IMG/VR virus record: IMGVR_UViG_3300013121_000033
Span: 64,001 to 128,000 of that record
From: a virus
Taxonomy: Duplodnaviria; Caudoviricetes
Length of the DNA stretch: 64,000 bases
Strand: one strand, 5' to 3'
The notes beneath the pieces are model-generated. The model ran no database searches. It was not told where the DNA came from and worked only from the letters and a program-made list of their open reading frames with translations. This document shows positions 36,034 to 46,669 of this stretch, piece after piece. Each line of letters starts with the position of its first letter. Positions within the stretch are counted from its first letter, which is position 1. The position numbers and the translations under genes are program-made.

Positions 36034-39000
36034 CAGCCGGACCTTTCATCGACCGGTCGACCGGTACGGCGGATGCGGCGCATCGTACGGGCGAGGTTGC
36101 GGGCATCGCTGCCGCGCGGACCGCCTTCGGGGACGACGACGTCTCCGAAGGTCAGACCGCCCTGGCCGTTCGCCGCGAGCAGCGACCGAATCGCCCGGAG
36201 CATCGCGACGACTTCCGGGTCGGTCGCTGGGACCGCTTGGACGACGGGCTGTGCGATGACGGTGATGTTGCCCTGACCGTCGCTACGGACAGGGGCGTCA
36301 GGCCACGACGGCAGAGCGTTTGTCGCCGGGGTCGCCGCCGCTGCGATCGCTTGTGCCGCAGCGTCGACAGCGGCCTGCTGCGAGCGGATACCGATAGCGA
36401 GGCCGCGTGACACGTTCTCGCCGATGTCCATGGTGACCTTCGACGGGGAGTTGATCCCGAGGGCTTCCCGGATGATGGCCGCTACGCGGGACGCCATGTT
36501 CGTGACAGCGACCTCCACATCGGGTTGGATCATTTCCAGCCCGGCGACGATGCCGCGGCCGATGGCAGTGCCGATGGCAGTGCCACCAGCGGCGGCGCGA
36601 ACGGTCAGAGCGAGGAACGAGACAGCGAGGACGGCCGCCAACGGGTCGGCCGCGGTCGCAGCCGTCACCGCTGCGGCGGCGAACCCCACCGTGAGCCCCC
36701 CGATGAACGCGGCGGTGATCCCGGCGGCTGCCGCCCCGGCCGTCACCGCTGCCGTCGCCCCGAACGATTGGAGCGCTGCGAGGAACAGGGGCTCGACGAA
36801 CACCACTCCACTGGTTGCCGCCGCGCCGAAAGCCCGGCCGATCCCCTCGCCCTGCGCGCTGGCGATGGGAATGGCAACGGAGGCGGCAGCGAGGAACCCG
36901 GAGGCGAGGCGGGCGGCCAACACCAGAGCGAAGACCGGTGACAGAGCCGCGCCGCGAACACCGCTAGCGAACTCGCCCCCGATGGCCTCACCGGCGGCAG
37001 CGGCGGCTCCCGATGCTTGAGCTTGGACCGACTGGAACGCGACGATCAGGGACAGGGACAGGGCCGCTCGGATCAGGGCGGCGGGAACCGCCGAATCACG
37101 GAGGGTGATAGCGAACGCCTGACCGATGCTGAACCCGGCGGCGGCTGCAACCGGGGCGACAACGGAGGCGATCGTTGCGTACTGCCCGATGAGAGTCGCG
37201 GTGGTGTCCGCCACGGCGATCCCGTAGCGGGACGATTCGACGACGGCCCCGCTGAACACCGACCCGATCGTCGATCCTGCTGTTTCGGCGAAGAGTGCCG
37301 ACTGCTCGGCGACGGCGACGAAGACGGCGACGACTTCCGCTGCGACGGCGTCGCCGTTCACGACTGCCGCGTCGTGCAGGTTGTCGGAGAACGACTCTCC
37401 GATGAGGGTTCCCGTTGAAACGGCTGTCGGGACGACCGAGTTGGCGATGACAACGAACCCGGCGATGAGCCCAACGGTGACGACGAACGCTCCGTTCTCG
37501 GTGACCGCCTCGCGCAGATTCGCAGCGAACGCTCCGCCGATCGACTGGCCTGCGGCCGAGGCGACCGGAAGGGTCGACGCTGCGATGTCGATGATGAACC
37601 CGGCGACCGCTGCATCGGCCGCTACAGCGTTGGCGTTGCCGCCGGACGTGATCGAGTTGAGCATCCCGGAGATGAATGTGCCTCCGAGGCTTGCGCCCGC
37701 TTCGGTCTGGCCGCCAGCAGACCCGACAGCGGCGACGAACGCGTCGGCGATCACCTTGGCTGCCGCCTCGATGTCCCCCTTGCGGGTCGTGATTGCCTGA
37801 GTGAGGGAGTCGATGAACGCGTCGGCGGTACCGGTGCCAGCGGTTGCTGCGGATGTCGCGACGCCGGGTGCCGCAGTGTCGATCGCGGTGGATGCCGCGT
37901 CGGCGACCCCGGTAGCGGCGCCGCTGACGGCGCCCTGGGAACTTTCGATGCCAGCAGCGAAGGACTCGCCAACCGCTGCGCCTTGGGATAGGACGCTGTC
38001 GCGAGCGGACTGCACCGCCGATGCGATCGCCGACTTCTGGCGGTCGGCGAGTTCCCCGCCCTCACGGGCGGCGTTGCGTTGCCCCGGTCGGATGTCCTGA
38101 CCAAGCTGCCGGTCGTCAAGGTTGCCAAGCACCTTGGACAGGTCGAGGGAGTTCCGAATGGCGTCAGCGATCCCGGACTGCGCCGCTGTGATCCGATTCT
38201 CGACGTTCTCCTTGGTCGCAGTGAGGGAGTCGTCGATGACCTTCACCCCGGCGGCACCCTGGTTGTTCAGGTAGGTCCGCATCGCGTCGAACTGTGCGGG
38301 GTCAGTGATCTTGGCGACGATCTCGGCGACGTTGCCGAACTGTGCGTCCTCCAAGAGCCGAACGAGTTCCAACTGCTCGGCCTTGAAGTTCAGGTCGTCG
38401 ACCGCCTTGCGGAACGCCCCCTCGATGTCGACCGCGTTCTTGAGGTCGAGGGCCTTCTGCAACTCAGTGTTGAACGACGCCTTCAACCCGGGCGACATGG
38501 CTTTGAGTTCCGCCTCGACCTGACGGAACGCTTCAACGGGGAGAGAGGCGACGGCGTCAGCGAACGCTTCCATCCCGGAGTCACGAAGGTTGAGAACCGC
38601 GGTCGCCTGACGGGTCGTGGTCTTGATGTCGTCGATGGCGAGCAGCAACGCGCCCTTCAAGTCCTTCGCTGACCGTTGTGCTTCGTCGGCGGCCTCATCG
38701 GCCTTTACCTTGGCCTTGTCGATGGTAAAGAAGTCCTCGGGGTCGAACGACCCGGTGATCCCACCCTTGGCCTTATCCTTGGACGTGTCGAGGAAGCTAG
38801 AAATGCTGAGCGGTTCGATCTTGAGGGACTTGGACAGGTCGAACGTCGGGCCTTCGGTAAGGCGCTTTTGGAGGTCGTCGATGAGCGCGAGGCTTTGCTT
38901 GAACGACTTAGTTGTTCCAGTGACCTGACCTGCGGTCCGCTGTGCCTGGTTCCCGAACTGAGCCATTCCACTTGTAGCCCCGTCAAGACTGGCCTGGTAC

Positions 39001-42000
39001 TTATCGACAATGGCTGAGATGTCGGAGGTCGTCGACCCAAACCCTGACATGGCAGCCTTGCCCTTGTCGATAGCTGCCGCTTCCTTGAGCATCGACTTCT
39101 CAAACGTCTTCGGAAGCGTGACGCCCTTGTCGGAGAACGCCTCTCGGATTGCCTTCAAGTATTCAGGCCGAACCTCGGCCGGGAGCGATTGCAGGGATTC
39201 CTTGGCGGTCTTAGTGGCGGCGTTGATGGCATCCCGTAGCGACGCGCCCGGGTCGAACTCTTTGGTCAGGTTGTCCTTGAACGAACCTGAACCGAATGCT
39301 GTCTTGAACTCGGCGACACCGATTCCGACGCCTGGCAGGAAGGCGTTGCGCCCCGAGCGAATCCCTTGCCCAAGGGTGTCCTGGAAGTCGGCCACGGCGT
39401 TGTCGGCGAGTTCCTTGGCCTGCTTGGAGAAGTCGCCCTTGCCCACTGCCAGGGCGAGCGCGTCGACCGAGAACTTCGTCTGGTCGATGTGGCCGGTGAG
39501 GGCGTCAGCGGCGGCCCCCATGAGTTCGTAGGCGCCGACCGCGAGGATCGCCGCCGTTCCGATCCCTCCGATCGCTGTGCCGAGTGCGCCGAACCCGCCT
39601 GCCGCCCCTGCCGCCCCAGCGCCAGCGTTACCGGCGGCGCCGCCGACCCCACCGAGGGCGCCCGTCGCCCCCTTCGCGATGCCGCTGATGGTGGAAAGCG
39701 CTTGCCCGACTCCGTTGATGACCTGCACGACGGAGCGGAGCAGCATGAACGCCTTGAACGCTGCGAACAGTGCTACGAGGATCGGGACGAGCCACGAGGC
39801 GTTGTCGCCGACGAAACGGATCACGTCGGCGATGGCCCGCAGGATCACCTCTACTGCGCCCAGCAGGGCCGCGTTGGTGACGATGTCGACGATGGCAGTG
39901 ATGATCTCGCTGCCCGCCCCCACGACGGCGTCGATGACGTCCTGGATAGCGGGGAGTAGCCGAACGAAGGCGTCGATGATCGGAGGGCCGATCTGTGCGA
40001 TCAACGACAGGAGGTCGACGAACACCTTTGCGAGGATCGGGGCGATGGCACCGAGAGCCTTACCGATGCCGTTGATGATGTCGCCGAACCCTGACAGGTC
40101 AACGTCGCCCAGGCCGGTGGAGACGGCATCGACGAAGATCGAGAAGGCTGCGGCTGCGTAGCCGAGCATGGTGACGATGCCGTCGATGAACGACGCGAAC
40201 CCAGAGGACGACACGATCCTGGTGAGAGCCGTGAACACCAGCCCGAGGGCAGCGTTCAGTCCGGTGAACAAGGTTGTCAGCGGCCCGGACAGCGCGACGA
40301 TCAGTGAGAGGAACGCCTTGAACGGTTCGACGAAAGCGCTGCCGACGTCGAGGATGACGCGTAGCAGCGAGTTGAGCGCCTGGAACAGAGGCCCGATGAT
40401 CTGGTTGACGACCCCCACGAACGGTGCGAGGTAGGAGGCGAACAGGTCGATCGTCGAGGCGAGGTTCCGGCCGAGGATGTCGAAGACCGGGTTGCCGTTG
40501 AGCACGGCGGAGAGTTGGTTCACCCATCGGAGCCCCGCTTCGGTCAGCGGGTTGAAGAACTGTGCCGCCATCGGGGCGACGGCGTCGGTGAGCCCGATGA
40601 GGCTCGACATGATCGGGCCGCGGAACCGGTTGACGAACTCGGTGGCGATCGGACCGACTGTCTGACCGATGACAGTCTTGAGTTGGCCGAGGGTTTCCTT
40701 GATCGAACCGAGTAGGCCCTTGTCGAGAGCGATACCGAGCCCGAGGACACCTGCGGCTGCGAACCCGGCGGCGCCACCGATGGTGAGCAGGCCGCCTGCG
40801 ATACCGAGGACGCCGGTGAGCAGCGACGCAAGCGAGGCGAACAGGGCGGGGAGGGCGAGCAGGGCGAGGCCCGAGGCGAGTGTTCCGAGAGCGGACCCGA
40901 TGGTGCTCAGTACGGTCTTGACGCCGGACGCGATCTGCGAGAGCAACGGCCCGACGGCGTCGGCGATGCCCCGGAACACGGCAGGGATTTCGCGGGCGAC
41001 GGCGGCGATGCGAGGGCCGATGGTGCCGAGGAACCGGGCGATGGGACGTGATACGGAGGCGACGAGCGCGGCGGCGCCTCGGCCGAGGGCAGCGACGTCG
41101 ATCGCCCCTCGGGTGTCGCTCTTGAGAGAGCGGAACAAGCGAGAGAGCCCCTTGACACCGAACCCGATCTCGGCGATCCCCTTGGTGGCATCCTCGCTGC
41201 TGCCAAGCCCGAGAGAGGCGAGTAGGCCGCGGCGGCCGCCGGACGCGATGGAACGCACCCCGGTGAACGCCTCGCGGAGTGTGCGCCCCATTCGTCGGAA
41301 GTTGGCGTCACCTTCGTCCGCGAGGTCGTTGAACAGGCGGGAGAACTTGGAGGTGTTGACGCCGTCGAACAGTCCGACGAGGGAGCGGCGAAGGCGCGTG
41401 CCGATGTTGATGCGACCCAAGTTCTCCAAGTCGATCCCGGCGGACCTGAGCGACTTGCGGAAGTCGGCGACGATCTTGTCGGCGGTCTTGGTGCCGTCGG
41501 TGATGGCCTTCACGGAGTCGATGACGGCTGACGGGTCGAGGCCGAGTTGGGTGGTGAGCCGTGTCGCGGTCGCGACTTCCCGTTGGAGCTTCGCCCCGAG
41601 TGTCCTGATCTGTGAGGGGTCGGCGTCGATCCGGGCGGTGATGTCGAGGATGCGGTTCCATGACGCTGCCGCTTCGCGGATGACCCGGTTCGCTCCGGAG
41701 GTGTCGGCGGTGAGGTCGATACCGGTGAGGTCGATCCACTTCGTCCGGGCGTCGGTGAGCGCTGCGGTGATGCGGCCGATGGGGCCGGTCGGGTCGACGT
41801 TGAGGGCGTCCTGGTCGACCTCCGCGGTGATCCCGATGTTGCGTCCGTCGAGCGCCGAGATGAAGGCTTCAAGCTCGGAAAGTAGAGCGAGCGCTTTGGC
41901 GATGTCGACGTCGGTTGAGATGTCGATGACGCGGTCGATCGAGTCGAGTTGGGCTCGGACGGCTTGCACCGCGGTGGTGACGCCGTCAGCGTCGAGGGTG

Positions 42001-45000
42001 ACCGACGGGTGAACGCCGTCGCGTTCGATCGCGTCGACCCGTTCACGGAGCAGCGCTTCGTTCGCTCGGAAGGTGTCGAGGTTGAGGACGGCCCGGATGG
42101 TCGCCTCGACGTCGGTCACCTCAGATTGGAGTTCGGCAATCCGGGCGAGGGCTTCGCCGTTGTCGACACCGACGCCGATGACGAGCGCCTGACGGAAGGC
42201 TGCGATCTCGGTTTGGAGAACCCCCAGGCGTTCCGAGGCGGCGTCGATGTCAGCGGTCGCCTTGACGGTGGCGACGAGCCGGTCGAGTTGGAACACCTGG
42301 TTGCTGACCTCGAAGAACCCCCGGTTGACGTCGTCGTCGTCGACTCGGACCTTGACGACGGCGTCACGGAACGAGGCGAGTTCGACGCGGAGTTCATCGA
42401 GGACAGCGCGGGCGGGTGACGAGTCGGCGTCGACCTCGGACGTGACGGTGCGTTCGAGGGCGTCGAGTGCCCGTTGGATCGACGCGATCTCGGTGAGCGC
42501 GTCGAACGCTTCAAGACCGAAGTCGGCGGTCCACTTTCGGGAGAGTTCATGGAGCCGGGCGACCAGGACGTCGACTGCGGTGACGGCGTCGCCGTCATCG
42601 ACGCCGATCTCGGTGAGGATCGGCTTCGAAGCGAGCGCTGTGAGGAACCCGAGGGACAGGGCGGCGGTGTCGATCTGTGAGGCGTCGACACCGACGGTGG
42701 TGTCGGGGAGCGCTTCCGTTTCGACGAGTACCTGGGAGATGGCTCGCTGGAACTCGGCGAGGTCGAGGCTGACCGACCCGCGGATGTCGCGGACGACGGA
42801 CTGTGCAAGCGCTGCGGCGGCACCGACCTCGTTGTCGAGTTCGGACGTGTCCGCGTGGACGTGTGCGGTGATGTCGGCGAGTTCGGTGAGGCCCGGCTTG
42901 GCCGACGCGATCCGGTCGGCTGTCTCGGACAGGTCGGGCGGGACGACATCGACCTTGATCTGAGCGAGGCGTTCGAGGTTAGCTGTGGCGACCCGGAGCC
43001 GGTCGGCGAGGTTCGACGTGTCAAGGGTGACGTCTCCGTGGACCTGTGCCGCTTCGCGCCACACCTCGGCGGCGTTGAGGATGTCGCCGGTCGCTCCGAT
43101 GGTGGCGATATCGACGGACCCGAGGACCGACGCGATGCGTTCCCACACTCCGCGTTCCCGGGTCAGGTCCCCGGTGACTCCGGACGTGTTCGCTGTGACG
43201 TTGGCGGTGACGCGGGCGGCGTCCTCCCACGCTGTCGTAGCGGTCGTTGCGATGTCCTCGGTGACCCGAGTCGTGTTGACACCGACGTCGACGGTGACGT
43301 CGCCTGCGGTCCCCTGCCAGATAGCGACCGCGGACCTGATCTGTTCGGCGATCGCTGGGACGTTGATGTTCGCGGTGACGTCGACGGTGACGCGGCGACC
43401 GTCGATGGCAGCAGCAGCGCCTTCGACAGCGGCCAGTTGGCTCGTGACCGACTTGGCGTTCGTCGAGATGCGGATGCGGGCCGTTTCGCCGTTGAGGTCG
43501 TCGAGCGCAGCTTTGAGGACGGCAAGGTCGTCGGCGGAGGCTGTCTCGACGTCGATGGTGATGGCGGCGCGGGTGGAGTCGACCGCCGCGACGAGCGCTG
43601 CGACGTCGGCGAGTCGCGTGGTCGCGTCGGCGCTGTTGAGGTCGATGGAGACGGTAGCGGTCGATCCGTCGATGGCAACGAGGCCCGCTTCGATCGCGGA
43701 GATGTCGGCGAGGTCGTTGGGGTCGAGGTTGATCGTGACCGTCGCGGACGCGTTGCTGATGACTGCGAGAGCGGCTTGGACTTGGGCGACACGGTCGAGG
43801 GCGGTGGCGATGTCGACATCGACTTGGACGGAGATCGACGCGATCGAGTTCCACTCGGCGATCAGCGCGACGATCGCAGCGTTGGCGTCGGCCGCGTCGA
43901 GGTCGACGGAGGTCGACACGCGGGCGATCGCTGCCCACAACTCTTGCGAGTCGAGCAGTTCCGCGGTCGCCTCCCGGGTGTCCATCTCGACGCGGGTCGT
44001 GATGGTCGACCCGTCGAGCGTGGCGACCGCCCCGGCGATCGTGGCGAGATCGTCGAGAGTGGAACCGAGGTTCGCTGAGACGACGATGTCGACGCTCTGC
44101 GCGTCGAGCGTGGCTGCCGCCCCGGCGACGGAAGCGAGGTCAGCGAGGGCGGCTTCGACGAGCGCCGCGACGTCGATCGAGACGGCGAGCCCGGAGACAG
44201 ATGCGGCCGCTCCGGCGATCGTTGCGAGGTCAGCGACGGCGGTGCCTGTGACGCTGGCGTCGATGGTGGCGGTGAGCGCATCGACGGTGGTGGCGGCGCC
44301 AGCGACGTCGGCGATGCCGTTGAGGGCGTCAGAGACATCGGCGTTGACCGTGACCGTCGCTGTGACCGCTCCGACTGTGACAGCGGCCCCTGCGATGTCG
44401 GCGAGGCGGTCGATGGCGTCGCCGGTGACGTTGACCTCGACGGTCGCTGTGATCCCGTCGACCTCTTCGGCGGCGGCCCGGACGGCGACCAGGAAGCCGA
44501 GGGAGTCCTTCCCGAGGACATCGACCTCGACGGCGACCGAGGCGACCTGTCCGTCCAGGGTCGACACCTGTGCGGCGAGCGCTTCGATCTGTGCGACGTC
44601 ACCGGGGTCAAGGGTGACGTCGAGGTTGACGGTGGCGTCGGTGAGCGTGTCGAGTGCCGTCGCCAGGGACACGACCTGTTCGAGCGCCCCCTCGCTGTCG
44701 ACGTGGACGGAGGCGGTCAGGTCGACGATGCGGTCCCACTCAGCGGCGAGCGCGGTGAGGGTGGGACCCACCCCGTCGGCGTCGGCGGCGACAAAAGCCT
44801 TGACCGCGGCGGCGGCTTCCCATTCGGCGACAGAGGCCCGCAGGTCAGCGAGGACCGCCTGCGTGGGGATGTCGATGGTGAACGACACGTTGATGCGGCG
44901 GCCGTCCAGCACGACGACAGCGCCGCCGACGTCGGCGAGCGCGGCGAGCGCTTCGGCGTTGTCAACCACGACGGCGACGGTCACGGATCGGGCGTCGAGG

Positions 45001-45710
45001 ATCGCTGTGGCACCTGCGACGTCTGCGAGGTCGTCGAGGGCGGAACCGTCGGTGCCGATCGTGATATCGGCGGTGGCGCCGTCGAGCGCGGCGACCGCGG
45101 CGGCGACCGCTTGCACCGTTGCGAGGGAGTCGGTGTTGAGGTCGATCGACACGACAGCGGTGAGGCCGTCGAGGGAAGCGATCTCTGCTGCGACAGCGGA
45201 GGTGTCGACCACGTCACCTGGGCTCAACCTCACGTCGACGTCGACGGTGACGTCGCCGATCGAGTTGAGGACTTCGCTCAGGGTGACAGCACGAGCGAAC
45301 GCGTCGCCGGTGTCAAGGTCGACAGTGGCTCGCACGTCGACGAGGCGGTCCCACTCTTCGGATTCGGCAGCGAGCCGTTCCGCCACCCCTGTCGTGTCGA
45401 CAGTCGCAGCGACTTCCACCCTCGCGATCGACGCCCAAAACTCTTGCGAGTCGAGCAGTTCCGCGGTCGCCTCACGGGTGTCCATCCGCACCTGGGCCGT
45501 GACCGCAGCGATCCCTTCCCACTCCGCGACCGTCCGCCGCAGTTCCGCCGTCGGCGCCGCCGTATCCACCGCGATCGACGCGACGATGTCGACGATCTCG
45601 TTCCAGTCCGCCGCGGCCCGCTGCAACTTCGCGTACGCACGGTCCAAGTCCCGATCCAACGGATCAAGGTCCAAATGCGCTTCGGCAAAGGCATCCCCGA
45701 GATTGGTCAT
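36033..45710 (-). CDS. Tape measure protein (3225 aa)
   Basis: Longest ORF, Ala-rich, periodic W/F repeats, hydrophobic segments; after the tail chaperones. Confidence 0.9.
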   Translation of the reverse strand: MTNLGDAFAEAHLDLDPLDRDLDRAYAKLQRAAADWNEIVDIVASIAVDTAAPTAELRRTVAEWEGIAAVTAQVRMDTREATAELLDSQEFWASIARVEVAATVDTTGVAERLAAESEEWDRLVDVRATVDLDTGDAFARAVTLSEVLNSIGDVTVDVDVRLSPGDVVDTSAVAAEIASLDGLTAVVSIDLNTDSLATVQAVAAAVAALDGATADITIGTDGSALDDLADVAGATAILDARSVTVAVVVDNAEALAALADVGGAVVVLDGRRINVSFTIDIPTQAVLADLRASVAEWEAAAAVKAFVAADADGVGPTLTALAAEWDRIVDLTASVHVDSEGALEQVVSLATALDTLTDATVNLDVTLDPGDVAQIEALAAQVSTLDGQVASVAVEVDVLGKDSLGFLVAVRAAAEEVDGITATVEVNVTGDAIDRLADIAGAAVTVGAVTATVTVNADVSDALNGIADVAGAATTVDALTATIDASVTGTAVADLATIAGAAASVSGLAVSIDVAALVEAALADLASVAGAAATLDAQSVDIVVSANLGSTLDDLATIAGAVATLDGSTITTRVEMDTREATAELLDSQELWAAIARVSTSVDLDAADANAAIVALIAEWNSIASISVQVDVDIATALDRVAQVQAALAVISNASATVTINLDPNDLADISAIEAGLVAIDGSTATVSIDLNSADATTRLADVAALVAAVDSTRAAITIDVETASADDLAVLKAALDDLNGETARIRISTNAKSVTSQLAAVEGAAAAIDGRRVTVDVTANINVPAIAEQIRSAVAIWQGTAGDVTVDVGVNTTRVTEDIATTATTAWEDAARVTANVTANTSGVTGDLTRERGVWERIASVLGSVDIATIGATGDILNAAEVWREAAQVHGDVTLDTSNLADRLRVATANLERLAQIKVDVVPPDLSETADRIASAKPGLTELADITAHVHADTSELDNEVGAAAALAQSVVRDIRGSVSLDLAEFQRAISQVLVETEALPDTTVGVDASQIDTAALSLGFLTALASKPILTEIGVDDGDAVTAVDVLVARLHELSRKWTADFGLEAFDALTEIASIQRALDALERTVTSEVDADSSPARAVLDELRVELASFRDAVVKVRVDDDDVNRGFFEVSNQVFQLDRLVATVKATADIDAASERLGVLQTEIAAFRQALVIGVGVDNGEALARIAELQSEVTDVEATIRAVLNLDTFRANEALLRERVDAIERDGVHPSVTLDADGVTTAVQAVRAQLDSIDRVIDISTDVDIAKALALLSELEAFISALDGRNIGITAEVDQDALNVDPTGPIGRITAALTDARTKWIDLTGIDLTADTSGANRVIREAAASWNRILDITARIDADPSQIRTLGAKLQREVATATRLTTQLGLDPSAVIDSVKAITDGTKTADKIVADFRKSLRSAGIDLENLGRINIGTRLRRSLVGLFDGVNTSKFSRLFNDLADEGDANFRRMGRTLREAFTGVRSIASGGRRGLLASLGLGSSEDATKGIAEIGFGVKGLSRLFRSLKSDTRGAIDVAALGRGAAALVASVSRPIARFLGTIGPRIAAVAREIPAVFRGIADAVGPLLSQIASGVKTVLSTIGSALGTLASGLALLALPALFASLASLLTGVLGIAGGLLTIGGAAGFAAAGVLGLGIALDKGLLGSIKETLGQLKTVIGQTVGPIATEFVNRFRGPIMSSLIGLTDAVAPMAAQFFNPLTEAGLRWVNQLSAVLNGNPVFDILGRNLASTIDLFASYLAPFVGVVNQIIGPLFQALNSLLRVILDVGSAFVEPFKAFLSLIVALSGPLTTLFTGLNAALGLVFTALTRIVSSSGFASFIDGIVTMLGYAAAAFSIFVDAVSTGLGDVDLSGFGDIINGIGKALGAIAPILAKVFVDLLSLIAQIGPPIIDAFVRLLPAIQDVIDAVVGAGSEIITAIVDIVTNAALLGAVEVILRAIADVIRFVGDNASWLVPILVALFAAFKAFMLLRSVVQVINGVGQALSTISGIAKGATGALGGVGGAAGNAGAGAAGAAGGFGALGTAIGGIGTAAILAVGAYELMGAAADALTGHIDQTKFSVDALALAVGKGDFSKQAKELADNAVADFQDTLGQGIRSGRNAFLPGVGIGVAEFKTAFGSGSFKDNLTKEFDPGASLRDAINAATKTAKESLQSLPAEVRPEYLKAIREAFSDKGVTLPKTFEKSMLKEAAAIDKGKAAMSGFGSTTSDISAIVDKYQASLDGATSGMAQFGNQAQRTAGQVTGTTKSFKQSLALIDDLQKRLTEGPTFDLSKSLKIEPLSISSFLDTSKDKAKGGITGSFDPEDFFTIDKAKVKADEAADEAQRSAKDLKGALLLAIDDIKTTTRQATAVLNLRDSGMEAFADAVASLPVEAFRQVEAELKAMSPGLKASFNTELQKALDLKNAVDIEGAFRKAVDDLNFKAEQLELVRLLEDAQFGNVAEIVAKITDPAQFDAMRTYLNNQGAAGVKVIDDSLTATKENVENRITAAQSGIADAIRNSLDLSKVLGNLDDRQLGQDIRPGQRNAAREGGELADRQKSAIASAVQSARDSVLSQGAAVGESFAAGIESSQGAVSGAATGVADAASTAIDTAAPGVATSAATAGTGTADAFIDSLTQAITTRKGDIEAAAKVIADAFVAAVGSAGGQTEAGASLGGTFISGMLNSITSGGNANAVAADAAVAGFIIDIAASTLPVASAAGQSIGGAFAANLREAVTENGAFVVTVGLIAGFVVIANSVVPTAVSTGTLIGESFSDNLHDAAVVNGDAVAAEVVAVFVAVAEQSALFAETAGSTIGSVFSGAVVESSRYGIAVADTTATLIGQYATIASVVAPVAAAAGFSIGQAFAITLRDSAVPAALIRAALSLSLIVAFQSVQAQASGAAAAAGEAIGGEFASGVRGAALSPVFALVLAARLASGFLAAASVAIPIASAQGEGIGRAFGAAATSGVVFVEPLFLAALQSFGATAAVTAGAAAAGITAAFIGGLTVGFAAAAVTAATAADPLAAVLAVSFLALTVRAAAGGTAIGTAIGRGIVAGLEMIQPDVEVAVTNMASRVAAIIREALGINSPSKVTMDIGENVSRGLAIGIRSQQAAVDAAAQAIAAAATPATNALPSWPDAPVRSDGQGNITVIAQPVVQAVPATDPEVVAMLRAIRSLLAANGQGGLTFGDVVVPEGGPRGSDARNLARTMRRIRRTGRPVDERSG
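43936..45490. repeat. Pair of ~50-nt near-identical direct repeats exactly 1500 nt apart inside the tape measure gene
   Basis: CTCTTGCGAGTCGAGCAGTTCCGCGGTCGCCTC at 43941 and 45441 (MDTREATAELLDSQE). Confidence 0.9.
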
Positions 45711-45833
45711 CGGTTACGCCTTGTGCTCACCCGCGAGAGGCGACGCCGTTCGGTTGTGTGAGGCGTCGCCCGGGTTGCTCATCGAGAGTCCGTGGGGGGT
45801 CAGGGGGTGGGGTCAGGATACGAGATGGGCGAG

Positions 45834-46180
45834 TCACGACTCGGAGGCGGCGGCTTGCTGTTTGGCTGCCCGCTTGGCCTTGATCCCGGCGACCGCCTTC
45901 TTGAGCATGTCCTCGCTCCACCCGGCCCCCTGGATGACGTCCATCGTGCGCTGCTTCCGCCCGGCGTCGGAGTCCTCCCACGGGGCGTCGAACGCCGCGA
46001 TGACCTTCGCCAGTTCCTCCGGGTGCCCTTGGAGGGGTTCGAGGATGTAGGCGAACGTGGCGTCGATCAGGTCTGTGGCAGACCAGCGGGAGAGGTCGAT
46101 TCCGCGGGCGAGGAAGGCTCCGCGGTAGCGGGGCCAGTCGTCACCGAGGACGGCTGCGACTCGCGCTCGCCGCCTGCGGT
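45834..46180 (-). CDS. Tail assembly chaperone, frameshifted extension
   Basis: -1 frame ORF without its own start (DDWPRYRGAFLARGIDL...) overlapping the chaperone 3' end. Confidence 0.65.
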
Positions 46181-46600
46181 AGGGGCCTCGGGGTCCTCGC
46201 CGTCGTCCTTCTTCGGCGAGTAGTGCGCCATGAGCCGCTTGAACACGTCCATCAACTCGTTGACGTCGATCGGTTCGGTTCGGCTCTTCACCCGCTCCGT
46301 CAGCCGGACGACGGAATCCTCGTAGAGGACCCCGCCGAGGGCGTTGAGGGCCTGACGGATGAACTCGCGCATCGCGTCGCCGACGGCGTTGAGGTCGTCC
46401 TTGTCGACCTTCTCCATGTCCTTCGCCGCGACGTTCACGGCGGACATGCGGGACGTGAACTCGCCGAACTCGTCGGCGGGGAGCGACGGGACCGCTTCGT
46501 AGCGGGTGCCGTCGATCGTGATGAACGCGACCCCGGCGGCCGCCTTGGTGGTGATGGACCCGAGGTCGATGCCTGCGCCCTGGTTGATGCTGTCGGTCAT
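46067..46600 (-). CDS. Tail assembly chaperone
   Basis: Upstream of tape measure; ends in PT + Ser/Thr-rich tail; TAGGGT-N8-ATG. Confidence 0.75.
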   Translation of the reverse strand: MTDSINQGAGIDLGSITTKAAAGVAFITIDGTRYEAVPSLPADEFGEFTSRMSAVNVAAKDMEKVDKDDLNAVGDAMREFIRQALNALGGVLYEDSVVRLTERVKSRTEPIDVNELMDVFKRLMAHYSPKKDDGEDPEAPTAGGERESQPSSVTTGPATAEPSSPAESTSPAGLPQT

Positions 46601-46669
46601 GGGGCGGCACCCTACAGGCATCGTTGTGTTGGGCAACGGATGGTCGGTGCTCCCCGAGAGCGCCGAGAG

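Noticed and set aside
42985-46050. 1021-aa plus-strand ORF and many other long antisense ORFs
   Set aside because: Shadow frames of high-GC genes (Ser/Thr/Ala/Arg-rich, no motifs), unlike the two overprinted HNHs, which have full catalytic motifs and promoters
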